A stretch of 64,000 nt of DNA. Origin: Amoebophrya sp. A120. Lineage: Eukaryota; Protista; Dinoflagellata. The stretch covers positions 1,601,904 through 1,665,903 of the forward strand of contig CAJINV010000001.1 of assembly GCA_905178155.1 (NCBI GenBank), written 5' to 3'. The notes below the pieces were generated by a model, which was given only the letters and a program-made list of their open reading frames with translations, made no database searches and was not told where the DNA came from. The first letter of the stretch is position 1, and every line of letters begins with the position of its first letter. Shown here in pieces: positions 12,848 through 26,400 of this stretch. The translations under genes and the position numbers were made by a program.

Positions 12848-13918
12848 TCAGTCTCCTTTTTTTCGTTTCTTTTTCATTGGGCTAGCAGATGATTTTGAAG
12901 ACTTTGCTTTTGATTGATCGGTATTTTTCCTCTTCGCCTTCCCTACCTCGTCTCCGGCCCCGCACTTTTCAAGTAATGCGCTCTCCGGAACCCCCATGCG
13001 CTTCGCGATGACTTTTACGACCGTGTCACTGTCCGTCCCTCCGAGGCCGTCACTTTTACCGTGCCTGAGAACTTCTAACAGCTCCGTATCTTCTGGCTTC
13101 CTCGCTGCGCTGTTTTTCTTGTCCGGACTTTTCGTAGTTCCGATTGTTCCACCCCCAGCTGATGCATGGTCTGCACAGCGGAATTTCGCGTACAGCGCGC
13201 GCTGAACTGAATCGGCAGTCCAGATGAAGAGATTCGCATCTTTGTTTGCCGCACCAGTAGTTCTTGTAGAAGTTGCTGCAAAATTCAGTTCTTTTGCCTT
13301 TTCAACACAGCGTTTGTTGAATTCTGCGTAGATTTTCAGGGTGTATTTCAGATCGTTCTTGCCCACCGACTCCGGAAAAACACCACTACCCAACAGGGCT
13401 TCGTCTGACATGAAGGCGCAACACTCCGGCAGCACAGCCGCTACGACGGCCGACGCGGTTGCCGGGCCGACGCCGAATAAGTGCTTGTCCAGCTGCTTCA
13501 CCCCCTCCACGCCAGCTTTATCCAGTTCGATCGATGTACTGTTATTTCCACCTCCTTTAACATCTTCAACGAGCGTCTTCGCGATCGCGACAGTGGCGTC
13601 TAACCAAGCTGTGTCCAACTTCTCCTTCGTGTTGCTCTCCGCTTTTTGCAACAGCCCCGGGCGAAAAGTGCCCTTTTTCAGCTTCCATTGGACGACCTTC
13701 GAGAGCTTTTCCTTCGTCAGCGGGCCCGCGAATTCTGTGGACACGAAGTGGTCCAGCTTGGAAAGTTCGAGTTTCCTGGCCTCGTCCATTGTGCTGATGG
13801 TGAGGGCGGCTGGGTACTGTTTCCGCGCGTCAGACCAGTTTGCGAGAGAATTTGACTTCATCAACGCCCGTGCTGCGGTGCTGCCGTCTGTAGTGCTACT
13901 TGATGTTGTGCTCTTCAT
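12848..13918 (-). CDS. Amun-like protein with putative HhH DNA-glycosylase-like motif; basic C-terminus
   Basis: Intact 356-aa ORF with LTKEKLSKVVQWKLKKGTFRPGL, GVGPATASAVV, FMSDEA, KYTLKIY; C-terminal KKKRKK NLS-like stretch. Confidence 0.7.
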   Translation of the reverse strand: MKSTTSSSTTDGSTAARALMKSNSLANWSDARKQYPAALTISTMDEARKLELSKLDHFVSTEFAGPLTKEKLSKVVQWKLKKGTFRPGLLQKAESNTKEKLDTAWLDATVAIAKTLVEDVKGGGNNSTSIELDKAGVEGVKQLDKHLFGVGPATASAVVAAVLPECCAFMSDEALLGSGVFPESVGKNDLKYTLKIYAEFNKRCVEKAKELNFAATSTRTTGAANKDANLFIWTADSVQRALYAKFRCADHASAGGGTIGTTKSPDKKNSAARKPEDTELLEVLRHGKSDGLGGTDSDTVVKVIAKRMGVPESALLEKCGAGDEVGKAKRKNTDQSKAKSSKSSASPMKKKRKKGD

Positions 13919-14927
13919 CTTTTGCGAATATTGTCGACTAACTATGCGAATTAAAGGGCTCTTATGCGGATCTTAAGTCGCTGAGATACAGTTTTGTGTT
14001 TCAAGATCTACTTTAACTTTTTACTCAACAACAACAGCACAAGGCGGTCTAAAGGCAAAGTTCTCTTGTAGCGTCATCGACCGCCAAAGTAGAAATACAG
14101 ACCGAAAGGAAAGTTGCTGCGTGCTTTCGTTTTCCCAGCAAGTGTGTTGTCCGGTCGTGTCCAGGCACGATCACGGTAATAGAATTAGAAAGCCTGTCGT
14201 GCATCATGGAAAAACATAAACATACCGAGCGACACAGGGCCGTCCGGGCGAGCAAGAGCGCGATATTACAGGTACCATCTGTATTCTGTTTCGGGAGAAG
14301 AACTGAAGAGCTCAAGAACAATGGATCCCGGACCTTCTCCTTCCGATCGGGGGCAAGCGTCTTGTCAGACTTGTATTTACGCCAGATAAAAACTCCCGTC
14401 GTCCTGTCTTACTGACGACAACGTCATCAATGTGATTGTCCTTCGCTACAAGTACAAGCGTGGTCGGACTGACTGATTATATCAGAGGACATCACCACCA
14501 CCACGGTCCTTCGATCTCGGTGCTTGCGCCCGGGAGCCAGCACACACCCTGTGACGCGTACATCGTGCAAATCACCTTCCTGTTACTGCACTGTACTTCC
14601 ATTAGTCAAAATCCACGCTTCGATCGGGAAGATCGACATACAAGGTGGCCCGTTGCGAGCACGAGTTTTCAATTTCAAGCGAATAGGAAGAAGTAGTTGT
14701 TTAAAACATGTACGTAATTGAGTAGTACATGTCTATATTTCAAGCGAAAAATAGGAATACTATATTCAGTAGTACTATGCCAAAACAGAAATGACAAAAA
14801 CTTTTTATCTTTTCTTTCTTTGTACAAGTTATGACTTTCGTTTTACTGCCTATGTTTGTAGAGCTTCCCGCCGGCATTCTTGCACAGCGAGCCGGGCAAC
14901 GAGAAAAGAGAAAGCCGCGGTCTTTTT

Positions 14928-17900
14928 TTATGTTGTTTCTCTGGACGAGAACGGGTCCCGCTCCCCCGGGAGAAAAGCTGGCACGCGGAAAAAGTCCTCC
15001 CTGCTAACACATCGTGCCTCGTCCATAATTGGCAATGCGCCTGCTGCTTTCCGTTTTGTTTGCGCGAAGGGAAGCCGAAAGAGATCGGCGTCGGGAGAGT
15101 CCACTATCCCGCGCACGCTGGTGCCATGTAGGTACTTTGGCGACACCAGTTGCACCTCCTGGAGTTGCCGTGGTTGGAGGGCCCACCGCAAACCTGCATC
15201 GTAGCTCTGCAATGGCGCTCGAGGCATCGTTTCGGCGAGGTGTGGATGTAGCAATTCTTCTTGCGCGGCACCCGCAGAACTCGAAGAGATCGGTAGGACG
15301 GCAAACTTTGCCGCCCCCTCGTCATAGAACAAGATTGCCACTGTCGTCCGGGTAGTTCCCTCTGGTGCTTTATTCTCCATGGGGCCGCTCTGAAAGTCCG
15401 CCACTGTGGTGTAGGCAACCGGCAATTGCAAGGTCGGATGGTACTCCACAAACGCTCCGCCCGGGGGCGCCTCAAATGGAAAAATTTCCTCGAAGTCTGT
15501 GTTTGGCCTCACTGCAAGCGCGCCTCCGTCAGAAAATGAAAGCGTCGAGCCGCCACCGCCAAAGTCTTCCGCTTTCTTCCTGCTGCCATAGGGGAGGGAC
15601 TGTGGCATCAGCTTTCTGATGCGAGAAGCGTTCTCCAACAAAAGGAGACGGCTATTATCGTCTTGAAAGAAGAAGTAGTATATACCCAGCCATAACTTGT
15701 CGCAGCCACGTTCTTGATCTTTTCTGATCATTCTCGCCTCCTCGTCGCGGTGTTCCAGAGTCTGGACGATCCCTCTTTGGCCCAACTCAATAATGCAAAT
15801 GTTGGCCCGATCGCCGTCACTTCTTTGGATTTTCAAGAAAAGCCAGTCGAATAACTCCGCCGTGCGACATTGGTCTGCCAGCCTCGTGCGACGTAGGTCT
15901 GTCAGAATAGCAGTGTTCGTGTTCTCCTCGTATTGCAGTTTCTGTGCGATGGTGTCACTCAACCCTTCAGCGTTACGCATCACCATCTTCACAGCCCTCT
16001 CGCCCTTTGAAGGGGCATCTTGGAGGTCCTGGTCCTCCACCAGCCCTGATAACCGGATCGGCAACTCCAGCCCCAAGCTCTCAGCGACAACTGAGGCCAC
16101 AGACGGTCCGGACGATCGACGAAAAATCTGCTCTATTGTGGATGCCGCACCGCCTATCATGTCAATCGTGGCCGGTGCGGACGGACCCGTTCCTGCTGCT
16201 ACGCCCGGCATAGGATTCATCTCGTGTTGCCTTCTAGTCCAATTACTTCGTGCCCAAGGCGACGCTAACCACAGACGGTCGAGACGCCTTTCCTCCGGCC
16301 AGTCCGGCCTTGGTTGTGTTCTCTTTTCCACCACATCTAAGTACTGTTCTCGCTTCCCCTCAGCATCTCTCATGCGCAACCGCCCGAGGCCGAAACGACC
16401 CCGGTACAGGACGGCGTCCTCTACTTCTTCGTCCTGACAAGAGGAGTCTTGCCCTGCTCCTCCTCTGGTGCACGCTGCGGCGGACAATCTGGCCTCCACG
16501 TTGGCTGCGAAGGTAGTTGGCTCGAGCGAGAGTTGCTGCATTAGACTGACAGGAAGATCGGCGAGCGAAAGCAGAGGCGGTGGCGCGAGGAAGGCCGGGG
16601 AAGTGGAGCGTCGTTTTGCTTCAGGAGTTGTACCACGGAAGTCGATCCCGGCGTATTGTAAGTCAATGCTGAGAACCAACTCGTGCGCGGGGATGTATAC
16701 GTCGCGCGCCTGTTGCAAATTCTTGACGTAGGAGGCAGTTGCCCGAAAAACATCGCTCCCCCGGCAGATCGAGGCAGTGCTTCCCTGATGTTTCAAGAAC
16801 ACCTTTGGGATTTTGTGGAGATTTTTGAGAAGCAAAGTTTGCTTTTCTTTTTCCACCGCCGCAGCAACTACGTGCATCTCCAACAGCCTTCGTTCGAATC
16901 CGTTTTTGCGCCAATCAATCGAGCCGGCGATAGGTTCGTTAGCAAGGTTCTTCGAAAAGAAAGCCGCTTCGCTCTTCAATGCGTCGCGAGCAGAGTTGCA
17001 AGCATGCGTGCATTTATTTTTTCCCATACCCTGCGATGTCTCCGTACTCAATGGCAGAATCACCGTTGCGACCCAGTTTTCGAGACTTGTCAACAACGAG
17101 TCGAGCAGGTCCGTCGCCAGCGGTATTGCAGCTTTGGTGAGCTCGTCCAAAACGCGTTCGGCGGTTGCGCGGTAGTTTCCCCGCGTGGCCAAACGAATAC
17201 CCGCATTGTTGGCATGCAGTGGCGCTGTGAACGTCGTGAGAAGGTTGCCTAGAACCTGCATAGGTTGCTTCATCATTCGCGCATACCAAATATACGAAGC
17301 ATCTTGCGACGTTTGAGCTCCTGTACCCGCCCGAGTTTGGCTCTGTTTGCGCCCCCCGAGTTGGGGTCGAGGCCCTTTCGCCCAAGTGTCGTCGATCGCG
17401 GTACGGATGTTCAAATCTTTTTCTATAAACGTCGGTGCCCAGGTCGACATTTCGTTGAAAACGAATTGAGCTGCCGTCACCGTCCCGAGCACGACACCCA
17501 GGTACGACAACTCGTCTGCCGGTCCAGCTTGCTTCTTCTTCTTCTTCTTTTGCTTTCCGGCTGCAGCAACGGCGGGCGCCGGGCTGGACGGGCCTGCGCC
17601 GGCCTCTTTTGCGTCGCTGGGACTAATTGACGCGAGGAAGGCGCGCAACACAGATTGTGACTGGGCCAACGAGCTGCGCACCCGGCGTACCACCGCAATT
17701 CGGGCCCAAAGCCGACCCAAGAGCTCCCCCCCTTCTGGCGGAAGCCAAGATTGGCCCAAGGCGTGGATGCCCGCGGAGGGGGAGGGGGCCGACGACTTGT
17801 TAACATTGCCAAAGTGCTCGCGAAAAGACTTGGCGCAGCCTTCCTGATAGGCTGAAAAATCAAATGCGGACGCAGGCGCTTCTTCTACATTGGCGGGGGA

Positions 17901-20285
17901 GACACGTCGACCTCCGGCGCCAACACTTCTCTCCTGCTCGTGCGCCTCCACCCCTGTTGCTGTCGCAACGTTCAGATAATCCGTCAGCTTTTTGGAAGCG
18001 AATTCAAGACCGCGCGGACTGCCACAGTGCTGCAGAGCGACTTGAGCCTGGCTTCGGAACCAATCCAGAGGAGTCATCCAGGGTTCTTTTTGCTTTTTGT
18101 CGTTGACCACGTCGTGACTTTTCTCACTACCATCTTCTGTTGCTCCGTCGCTGCCCGCACTCTGATCCTGCTGTGTGCGTGAGGAGCTTCTGCTAGCGCT
18201 TCTGCTACTTATTTTCTGAGAAGGAGAGCGCGAGGTGGACTTTGGACGACGACGGGAACTGGACGACGATCTTTTCCGCCCCCGCCTCGCAGACGCCGGC
18301 CGGCCTCTGGTTCCGGTATGGAATGCAGAGGGCGATGCGTCGGCTTTTGCTGCCGCAAGAACTACATCGCCAGAGCTAGGAGCAACCTGGGGCGAGGACG
18401 TCCTCGCTGAAGCTGCATATTTGTGCCTCTGATACAGGTGCGCAAACTTCGCAAACCGCGTTAACAATTCTTGCTCCAGCTCAGAGGTCTGCGACGGACC
18501 ACGTGGTTGAATCCCTGCGACTGCGTCGCGCGCCGGTGTCAGGACGCTACTCAGGCGCGTCTTCAGATCCTGAAACATCGCTTTGCAGCTGACATACAGC
18601 TGCGGGGCGTCGGCCTTTTTGTTGGCGAATTCATCTTTCGGCGGAACAGGAGCGGCACCTGCCGCCCCTGCCGCGGTACTTGGCTTTCTGCTCGCGCTTG
18701 CCTGTTCTGCAGGGGCCGCGGAAGACGAGGGGCTTGTCCACCTCGTGCTCTTCAGCCACCCGCCGGGGTTCTCACAGAACTGCTTTGACAGTAGGTCCAC
18801 TGGCGCTGCGCCAATTTGGTTCATCAATGTGAAGCCCGATGCAAGCTGGTCCGCCAAGGCGTTTCCGAACGTGTAGGCCTTGAGCGACGTTGTGGCCTCG
18901 CTAGGAACTACTTCCTCATCGGACACAGGTTCGTCCGAACTGGAAGTGGTTCCAAAAGCTGCATGACCCGCCTGTTTCTTGCGAATCACGCGGGACGAAC
19001 TCCGCACCTGGAGGATCTCCACATGCGGCACAGAAAATTTCGTGTGGTCCCCTGCTGCTAGTTTTGCCAACGTGGTCCGAAAAGCAGCCGTAAGCCCAAC
19101 GCGGGAAAACAAGTCCGCCATAGGCTGGGCCACGGTATTTTGCATGTGCCGCGCAAGGCCTGCCCCAGGTCCTCCGCCGTCCACGACATCCGCAAGAGCG
19201 GGCAGCTCTCCGTGAAAAATCCATTCCAGCGCCAGGACTAAGTCGAGGGAATCCGTCGATGCGAGCAATTTCGCGCGCTCGCTGGCCGGCGCACGACCTT
19301 CGACTTCCGAGCTCTCAGCTTTCATCCGTTGCAGCTCGTTGTGTACCAGATTGAGTCCCTGCAGCAATGCCTCGCCCTCGGCGACGGCGGTCAGCGCATT
19401 ATCTTTCCAGGAGTCCGAATAAAACAAAAACGCTCTCTCGTCTTCCGTCGATGGTTCCTTTCCCACCCCCCGACGTGCTGGTGTCCTCAAAAGCTTCTGT
19501 GCCTCTTTGAAGCGGATTTGCCCCAACCCCGCGGCAAGTATGTCCGGAACGCGGTCGTAAAGCGAGTCGATCACTTCGGAGGCGGCTTTCTCTTCCGTGA
19601 TTTTCCGGGCTTCCGCCAGGCCGCGCGTGTTGTAAGCGACGATCCCCAATTGCGCAAAAGTAGGCGTAGTAGATGAAGTTGCTCCAATGTTGCGTGGGCG
19701 GGTGCTGGTGCTACTTCTCCGAACGCTTGCGTCGGTGAACAGAAGAAACCTGTCTGTGTCGTCGTCCGTAGTGCAGAAGTCGGAATGGGAATCCTCGACG
19801 GTGCGTGTCCAGGGGAAAATGATCTTCACACCCATGCCACCAGATCCGCGTATACTGTGTGTCATGCAAAAACTTTAGTACACCAGAAGTTGTATATGTA
19901 CATACTTTCATTTGGTTTAATAGCACCGCGACAGAAGCAATCTAACCAGTTTTCGATCATGCAGTTTGCCCGGTCGCATGGGTGTAATTTGCAACTAGTT
20001 CTGTGGGATACAACCATCTCCACGGCACTCGATCTGCCGCTGCAGATAATCATAATGCGTGTTTCCAGCGTTGCCCTTGTACGGCGCGGTATACCGAAAG
20101 GTGATCTTTTGATGGTGCGCTAGAGAACCAGACTCACCAGTGCCGCCGCTACTTTTCGTCAACGAGTCATTGGACGGCTTGCCTGACGTGATCGAGAGCC
20201 CTTGCACCAACATCCGCAGATTGGACGGAGTTACCGTGCCGCCCGCGCAGCTGAAGACGAAGACCAATCGAACAAAGCCCAGCAT
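14928..20285 (-). CDS. ~1,724-aa protein with N-terminal hydrophobic leader and RNase H1-like domain
   Basis: 4.9-kb open frame joined in frame to an upstream exon (ATG 20285) by removing 19833-20010 plus 5 nt; motifs LLFTDAS, AEGEALLQGL, ASTDS, GNALADQLA. Confidence 0.75.
19833..20010. mobile_element. Degenerate introner
   Basis: catgccaccaga...tctgtgggata imperfect inverted repeat; flanks acacc/caacc; internal tgtcatgc motif; removal keeps the frame. Confidence 0.55.
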
Positions 20286-21532
20286 CTTGTTGCTGTGCGC
20301 GAGTGAGTCCTGCGAGAGGTACAATAGTCTTGTTTTTACTTAGCGGCGCTCGCGCTCCACCGTGGCCCTTAGCTTTTGCGTATAGAAAGAAGCAAAGTGT
20401 AAAAAAATAAAGTTGAAATTATACGTATGGCAGTGACTGACTGAAATACAAAAATTTTAGTTGAGCTTTGCTTTCTTCGGGCGAGACAGCTTAAATGTGG
20501 GCTGCGCGTGCGGGTTAATACTAGCTGTAGCTACCAATAAATATGAAAGGGAAATAAAGTGAAGACCTTTAGTGTTCTAAAAGAACGACAGGGTAGCTTT
20601 TTAACTGATGCAGCTCGGATACTTTAGGAGACTATTTTTTTTTTATATTGTCAGCGGAAAACTTTTTCCGAGCTGGGACTGGCGGAGTTGGCACACTCTC
20701 AGTTCCTTTGCTTTTTGAGTTTTCTTATTTATATATTGCTCATCCAGCACGTCTTGATGATGGTCTTGCGGACTTTGAAAGAATTATTCAGGTTCGTTAG
20801 AAAATTCTCCTAGGCGAAGTGTCCCGAAGGAATAAAAAACCTGCTGAAAATCAAACCTATGAGTGCGACATGCGTGCTCGTTTGCATTTGCGAAGACCAA
20901 AAAAATCGAGAGTGACTTTGATCCATTCACCGCCAACAGGGTTTAGCGACTCATGTTGACCTCGATTTAAAACCGATCACTAGTAAGATCTTGATCTCCG
21001 GAGGTCACGGAAGTCCACCAACCGGGTTTTCCGATTCATGACGCTTATTTTTCTAAAATACCGATCAACATCAATATTAAGATCTCGATCTCCTGTGGTT
21101 ACCGATTACTTTCAAGGCTGCTTGCTTGTAGGCTCGAAGATCATGATTCGACAATATAAAGGAAAAAAGATGCACGCAAAAGCAGCGAGCTACTTTTGTG
21201 GCGATTCATTCAGATCTGCTCTCAATGCGATTTGTTTTAATGAACCTGATCGGCATCTTTTGGCGAATTTGATCTATGAGCGTTCAATATGAACAAGAAC
21301 ACTTTGTACCTCGCAGCGATTGGCTGCTTCACCACTTAAGTAGTGATCCACTTCAATCTCGATACTACGAATACCAAAGCCTTTCCCTTTGACTAGACAT
21401 CATTCAATAAACTCCGGCGGAGCAAAGAGCTGTATATATAACAGGGGGAATGCGCCTGCATTTCTTTGCAGCTGAATCCGCATTGATTTCTGTATCACTA
21501 CCGTTATCTTCCCAGCAGAAGTGGGAGGTCAG

Positions 21533-22573
21533 CTATAAGAGTTGAACTTTTTCGATGTTTACGCTGTATTCCCCGTCGCCGTCATCGTAGAAGTCGGTGC
21601 TCAACAAAACACCAGAGTCGGGCGGGTTCTCGGTATTGTCCATTTCATTGAACGGGACACCTTTGTGTCTGCGGTCGTGACCGGTTTGCTTGTGGATTCC
21701 AAACGTTTTTTTTCCCTTCTGCAAATCCCAGACCGTGGAACCCTTCCAGACGGACGCTGCGGCTGCTTTTTTGTCTCCGTACACGCGAAGGCCCAAGGGG
21801 AAAGAATTACTACAGCTCTCACCATCACCACCCCTGCATTGCTCCCAAACCACATAGACGTACTCCGCGTCCTCGTCCCTTTCCTGCTCGGGCGGCACGT
21901 GGTGTTGGTCTGGAGAAAATTTCACTTTCTGGATGCAGAGGTGCTCAACGGCAGAAGGCAGCTTCGAACCCTTTACCGTCGGGATGTCCGGGTCGTGTGG
22001 ATCGAAGTAATCGTGCAGCTCATAGTAAAGTAGTGACTCTTCGCGGTCGTAGTTCTGTTCGTCCAGCCCGGTGGTCCCATCAAGAACGGCTTTGAAGTCA
22101 AGCCCGTCGATTTCACACCCGTTGTCGTCCTTTAGCTCGTTCTTCAACGTCTTCCCAAAGTTCCGTCCCGGCTTCTGCTCCGTCTCTGCAAGATGCAACT
22201 TCGGCAGCATGTTAAACACGTCCGGGTTTTTCTGCAACCCAAGGCGGAAAGCGTGCGCACGTGCGGTGTCCAAATTTTTGAAGGCGCACAAGATCTCTAT
22301 ACGGTCCGTTCCCGTGTCCTCATCCAAATAGGGTTCTCCCGGTTCAGAATCCTCAAGCCACTTGCGATAAATCACGTACAAGTTAATAGTGTCCATCGCA
22401 GGCTTTGGCTTGCTCTGTTTCGATTTCGCCTTCGCCTTAGTACCAGCGGCTTTCTTACCCCCCGTGCTTTCCTCCTGAGGCTTCGCACCATCCGTGTTCT
22501 CCTGAGCCTTCGTCTCTTTTTTCATGACTGGGGCCTTGGAGCCGCCTGCAGAAACCATTTTCTTTTTCACCAT
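21533..22573 (-). CDS. Hypothetical protein (Lys-rich N-terminus, acidic body)
   Basis: Intronless 346-aa ORF with ATG start and coding-like composition; no family recognised. Confidence 0.75.
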   Translation of the reverse strand: MVKKKMVSAGGSKAPVMKKETKAQENTDGAKPQEESTGGKKAAGTKAKAKSKQSKPKPAMDTINLYVIYRKWLEDSEPGEPYLDEDTGTDRIEILCAFKNLDTARAHAFRLGLQKNPDVFNMLPKLHLAETEQKPGRNFGKTLKNELKDDNGCEIDGLDFKAVLDGTTGLDEQNYDREESLLYYELHDYFDPHDPDIPTVKGSKLPSAVEHLCIQKVKFSPDQHHVPPEQERDEDAEYVYVVWEQCRGGDGESCSNSFPLGLRVYGDKKAAAASVWKGSTVWDLQKGKKTFGIHKQTGHDRRHKGVPFNEMDNTENPPDSGVLLSTDFYDDGDGEYSVNIEKVQLL

Positions 22574-23498
22574 GGTGACAACAGAGCGATGAAGCTATAT
22601 GGAGCTATTCTGCACTTTCACAAACACAAACCAACAAAGGAACGAAGTTCGTCCCGGTTCGTGTTGTTTTTGACTGCTCGTGTTAGTTTGTATCTATGTA
22701 TACGGACGAACAAATGTCTTTGCCGCCTGAGAACTCCTCCTCCGGTAAAAGCCGTGATCTTATCAGACGGTGAGGCCCTCTTTTATCCGTTGAACTTTTC
22801 GGACTACTGGCACTTCACCTAATGATCTCTACAAAACAAGAACATGATCATCGCGTAGAAAGAAACGGATCACGCACGATTCGCTGGGATCGAGAAGCCA
22901 TTGATTTCCTGTGCGAATGAATGATCTCTGACGTTGAAGCGACAACACAACACTTAAGGCACGCGTTTCTTGCTTGGAGAAGAATTTGTAAGACAGCTAA
23001 AAAAGTACTAGACCTAGCAAAGGTGGAACAATCACATGACACAATGTTCTTGACTAGAATTAGAAATCGGCGTCCGACATAATGTCTTCGTCTGCACACC
23101 GTATGAAAGCAATTTTCTTCCACCTCCATGCGATGAGGGTCTTTCCCCAGCAATGTATGATGCAGCAGCCAAAATTCGAGTCAACTTCGAAGCCGAAGCG
23201 TTGCTGTCAGTCGTAGACATGACAGGAAGTTAATAAATAAATTCATCCGTGTTTCGACGTTTCCGCGGAACAGTGATGCCGTATCTGCATCTGAAGGAAG
23301 TCGAAGTCAGGACCGGAAGTTTTCTGTTCGCACAATCTTTCCTCGCGCACAAAGAGATATAATTTGTAGGCTACAGAGTCGGAGAAACCAACGTCTTCCT
23401 GCCTCCCTCTAGTAGATCAATATCAAAAGTGCATGTGTTCTTGTATCCAAAACCAAAACTCTTTGCGGTAGAAAACAATCAAACAGACATTATCTACT

Positions 23499-26400
23499 TC
23501 AAACCCGATGCCGGACCAACGCGGGCGAGACACTGGCGATCGGGGGATCAATACAATTGGCAAGCATCGTGTATGGCTTGCAGGGGCAGTGACACTCCGT
23601 CTGCCGCAATGTCACACCGACACCGCCGTCATGGTCCTCCCGTCCCGCTTGACCGTTCGGTGTTGCGCTGAAATTGAAAAGTGAACGGAGTCGCAGCAAG
23701 CTTTGCGGCAGGCAAGACAAAGACACCGTCCACCTCGGTCGTTGCCCGGACGATCGGAACACCATGTCGCCCCCACAGGTCGACCTCCGCACCCGTGGGG
23801 CATCTTTCTTGTCCGCACTGGAAGTGAGTAACTTTGCAGAAATCTTCGCGGTAGAAGGGCGCGAAGCTGCAGGTGGTGGGCCACTTGCAGAGTTGTAAAC
23901 CTGCTTCGGCTGGACGAACGTGTGTGCGAACGAGGCCGCACTTTGTCTTAGCGCGACGCGATCCTGCGCCGGCGCAGCGAGAAGTTCATTCTCGGCCCGC
24001 CGCGTCAAGTTCGAGGCGCGTCTCCGCGGGGCCGCGTCGAGGGCAGTATCTCGTCCTGTGGCGGTTGTTCCGTGAGTATTGCCGGCAACTAGCTCAGGCT
24101 GAGCGTTTGGATTTCCGGGGATTCGGATAATTCTACTGCCAGTTAGTAGAGAATTGGAATTTCTAGAAGTACTTTCATCTCGTCTGCTCGACGTCCCAGC
24201 ACGACGCGACGGGATCGAGGATTGGTGCTCTTTTGCTTGAAGACTTGGTCCATGACGACGAAGAAAGGCTGCTCGATTCACCGCATCCGCGGCCTGGTGC
24301 CTCAAAAGGGTAAATTCGTACGTGCGGGCTCGATTAATTAGAGCTTTAACACCCGTTAGCATGAGAAGTGGTGAATTTGTAGTGAATTTTGCATGACAAA
24401 GTGCAGATGAGTCCGCCGGGACATTGTCCCTCTTGCCCTTCTTGGAAATGGATTCTGCACACCGCAGAAGTCAAGGCTTGCTTATGCGGCGGGCAACTTC
24501 TAGACATGGCCTGGGTGCTGGTCTTTGGCCATGTCTATGCGCCTCCCTGTGCTTGCATAAGAGCACTGTAGCAGCCGCGGCAAAGACGCCAAAAAGAAAG
24601 GCTGCGAAGCACATGCAATTAGGGAAGAAGGCGCAAAAAAACGAGTGAAAGGACCAGGCCGAGAGCTTTGACGCCTCTACCCGGCAGGCGCGTGAACTCC
24701 CCAGGCCTTTTCGGCAGAATATAGACGGGCCGAGTGCAGCAGAGGGCGCTTGTCTTTTCCCCTCGGCCCCACTTCCCAGGGCCTACCCGCGCGATTTTTT
24801 GAGCACTTTTTTGCGCTAGACTTTGCTTATCACGGTCGAAAAGTGGCGCTCGGTGAATTTTGGGGAGAATTTTGAAAAGGGCGCCGGTGAATTTTGTCCT
24901 CCGGCTCCTGTTCGAAATTCGCTAGCGCGTGGGAAACTCCGGGTTTTGGGGCTTCAAAAAAGTGTCGCAAAAGCAAAAAGCTTCAAAATTCACCAAGAGA
25001 AATCTTGACCTGGGAGCCACCTCGAAAATGTCTCACTCCGGAGACAAAGACACACCTGGGGAGTTGTAAGCAGGGCACAGCAGGCGAAGGAAGCTAGTGC
25101 CCGCGGCCGAGTCGTGCCTTCCACCCGAGGCTACTCCCAGATGTCCAACTCCACGCCACAGCCAAAGCCCGTGAGAGCGTACGTGTTGAGCTAGTGGGTG
25201 CCCCTGTGTTCAGGCGTTCCTTTGCCTTTCGACAATTCCGGAGAGGAACTTCTGAGGCAGACGCGCAGAAGCATAAGAGCCCCCCGACCCACCTTCTCTG
25301 GTCGCTAAATACGCACTACACAGCCCGGCGAGCCCCCGCAAGACCACCTCTTTTGGTGCTGCAAGCGCCACCACGCGGCGAGCAGCCCTTCAGGCTATGT
25401 GTCCATACGTAGCGCACTTCTCTTTTAAGTAAATGCAGGTCACGCAATACAAATTCACTGCAAATTCACCCTTCTGTACGCCAACGCCCGTTGAAGACAT
25501 AATCGATTCACCGCATCCGCGGCCTGGTGCTTCAAAAGGGTAAATTCGTACGGAGCGGTGCCTATGAAGGGAGAATCGACAAAATTCAACCCCCCCGGCC
25601 TCTGGCTAAAGCCAGCGAGGGTGCTGGCTAAAGCCAGCAAGGGCGCTGGCTAAAGCCAGAACACCGCCACAGGCGGCCGGATGCTTTTTGGTAATCGCGC
25701 GGCCTGTCCGATGAAAAATTTTCGTGGTCACAGAGCCGCCCGAAGCGGCGCTCTGTGATTTTCTCTATCACAGGATCCCGCGCGAAACAGACGCGGCGTG
25801 CCGAAACTTTGCGGCCTTTCTATTGGGGCGGCAGCTCGCCGGGCCACAATTGAACGCGTGGGCCTCAGCGGAAATGGGGCGCGCCCCCACAGACGGCCGC
25901 ACGCAATCGCGAAAAGGGACTGGGCGAACTTGATACCAAAAAACCCCAAAGGGCGCCAACGGTATCGGGCCCCGCTGGGAAATATTTTGCACAAATTGCG
26001 CAGCCGGTTCGGCGATTGGGCGCTGCGGGTTTTTCTCTTCTGCAACAAAATCGAAGAAAATTTGCGCAGGCAAGCCAACGTGGCAAGCCCGCAGAAGGTG
26101 CGCCCGGCTTTTCACGGAGGCCACACCATGGGGCCCCGCGCGTCCTGCAATCCCGATACCCCACCCCAGCCCCCCCTGGCCCTTTCTGCTTTACTTTTCC
26201 CCGGGATTACATAGCCGGCGCTGTAAAGCCTGGCCCGGGCGCTCCCGCGTGTTGACTTCTGCCGGCGCCCCTGCCTTCTTTCCTTTTTCGTACAATATGA
26301 GTCGCGGGCTGCTCGATTCACCGCATCCGCGGCCTGTCAGTCAGACGAGGCCGGGCGACCTAACAACTTTAATCGGGCCCTAAAAAGTTGCTAATTTGAA

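Noticed and set aside
18840-19750. Retrotransposon pol remnant
   Set aside because: No RT, integrase, gag or LTR features recognised; the ORF is long, intact and looks cellular.
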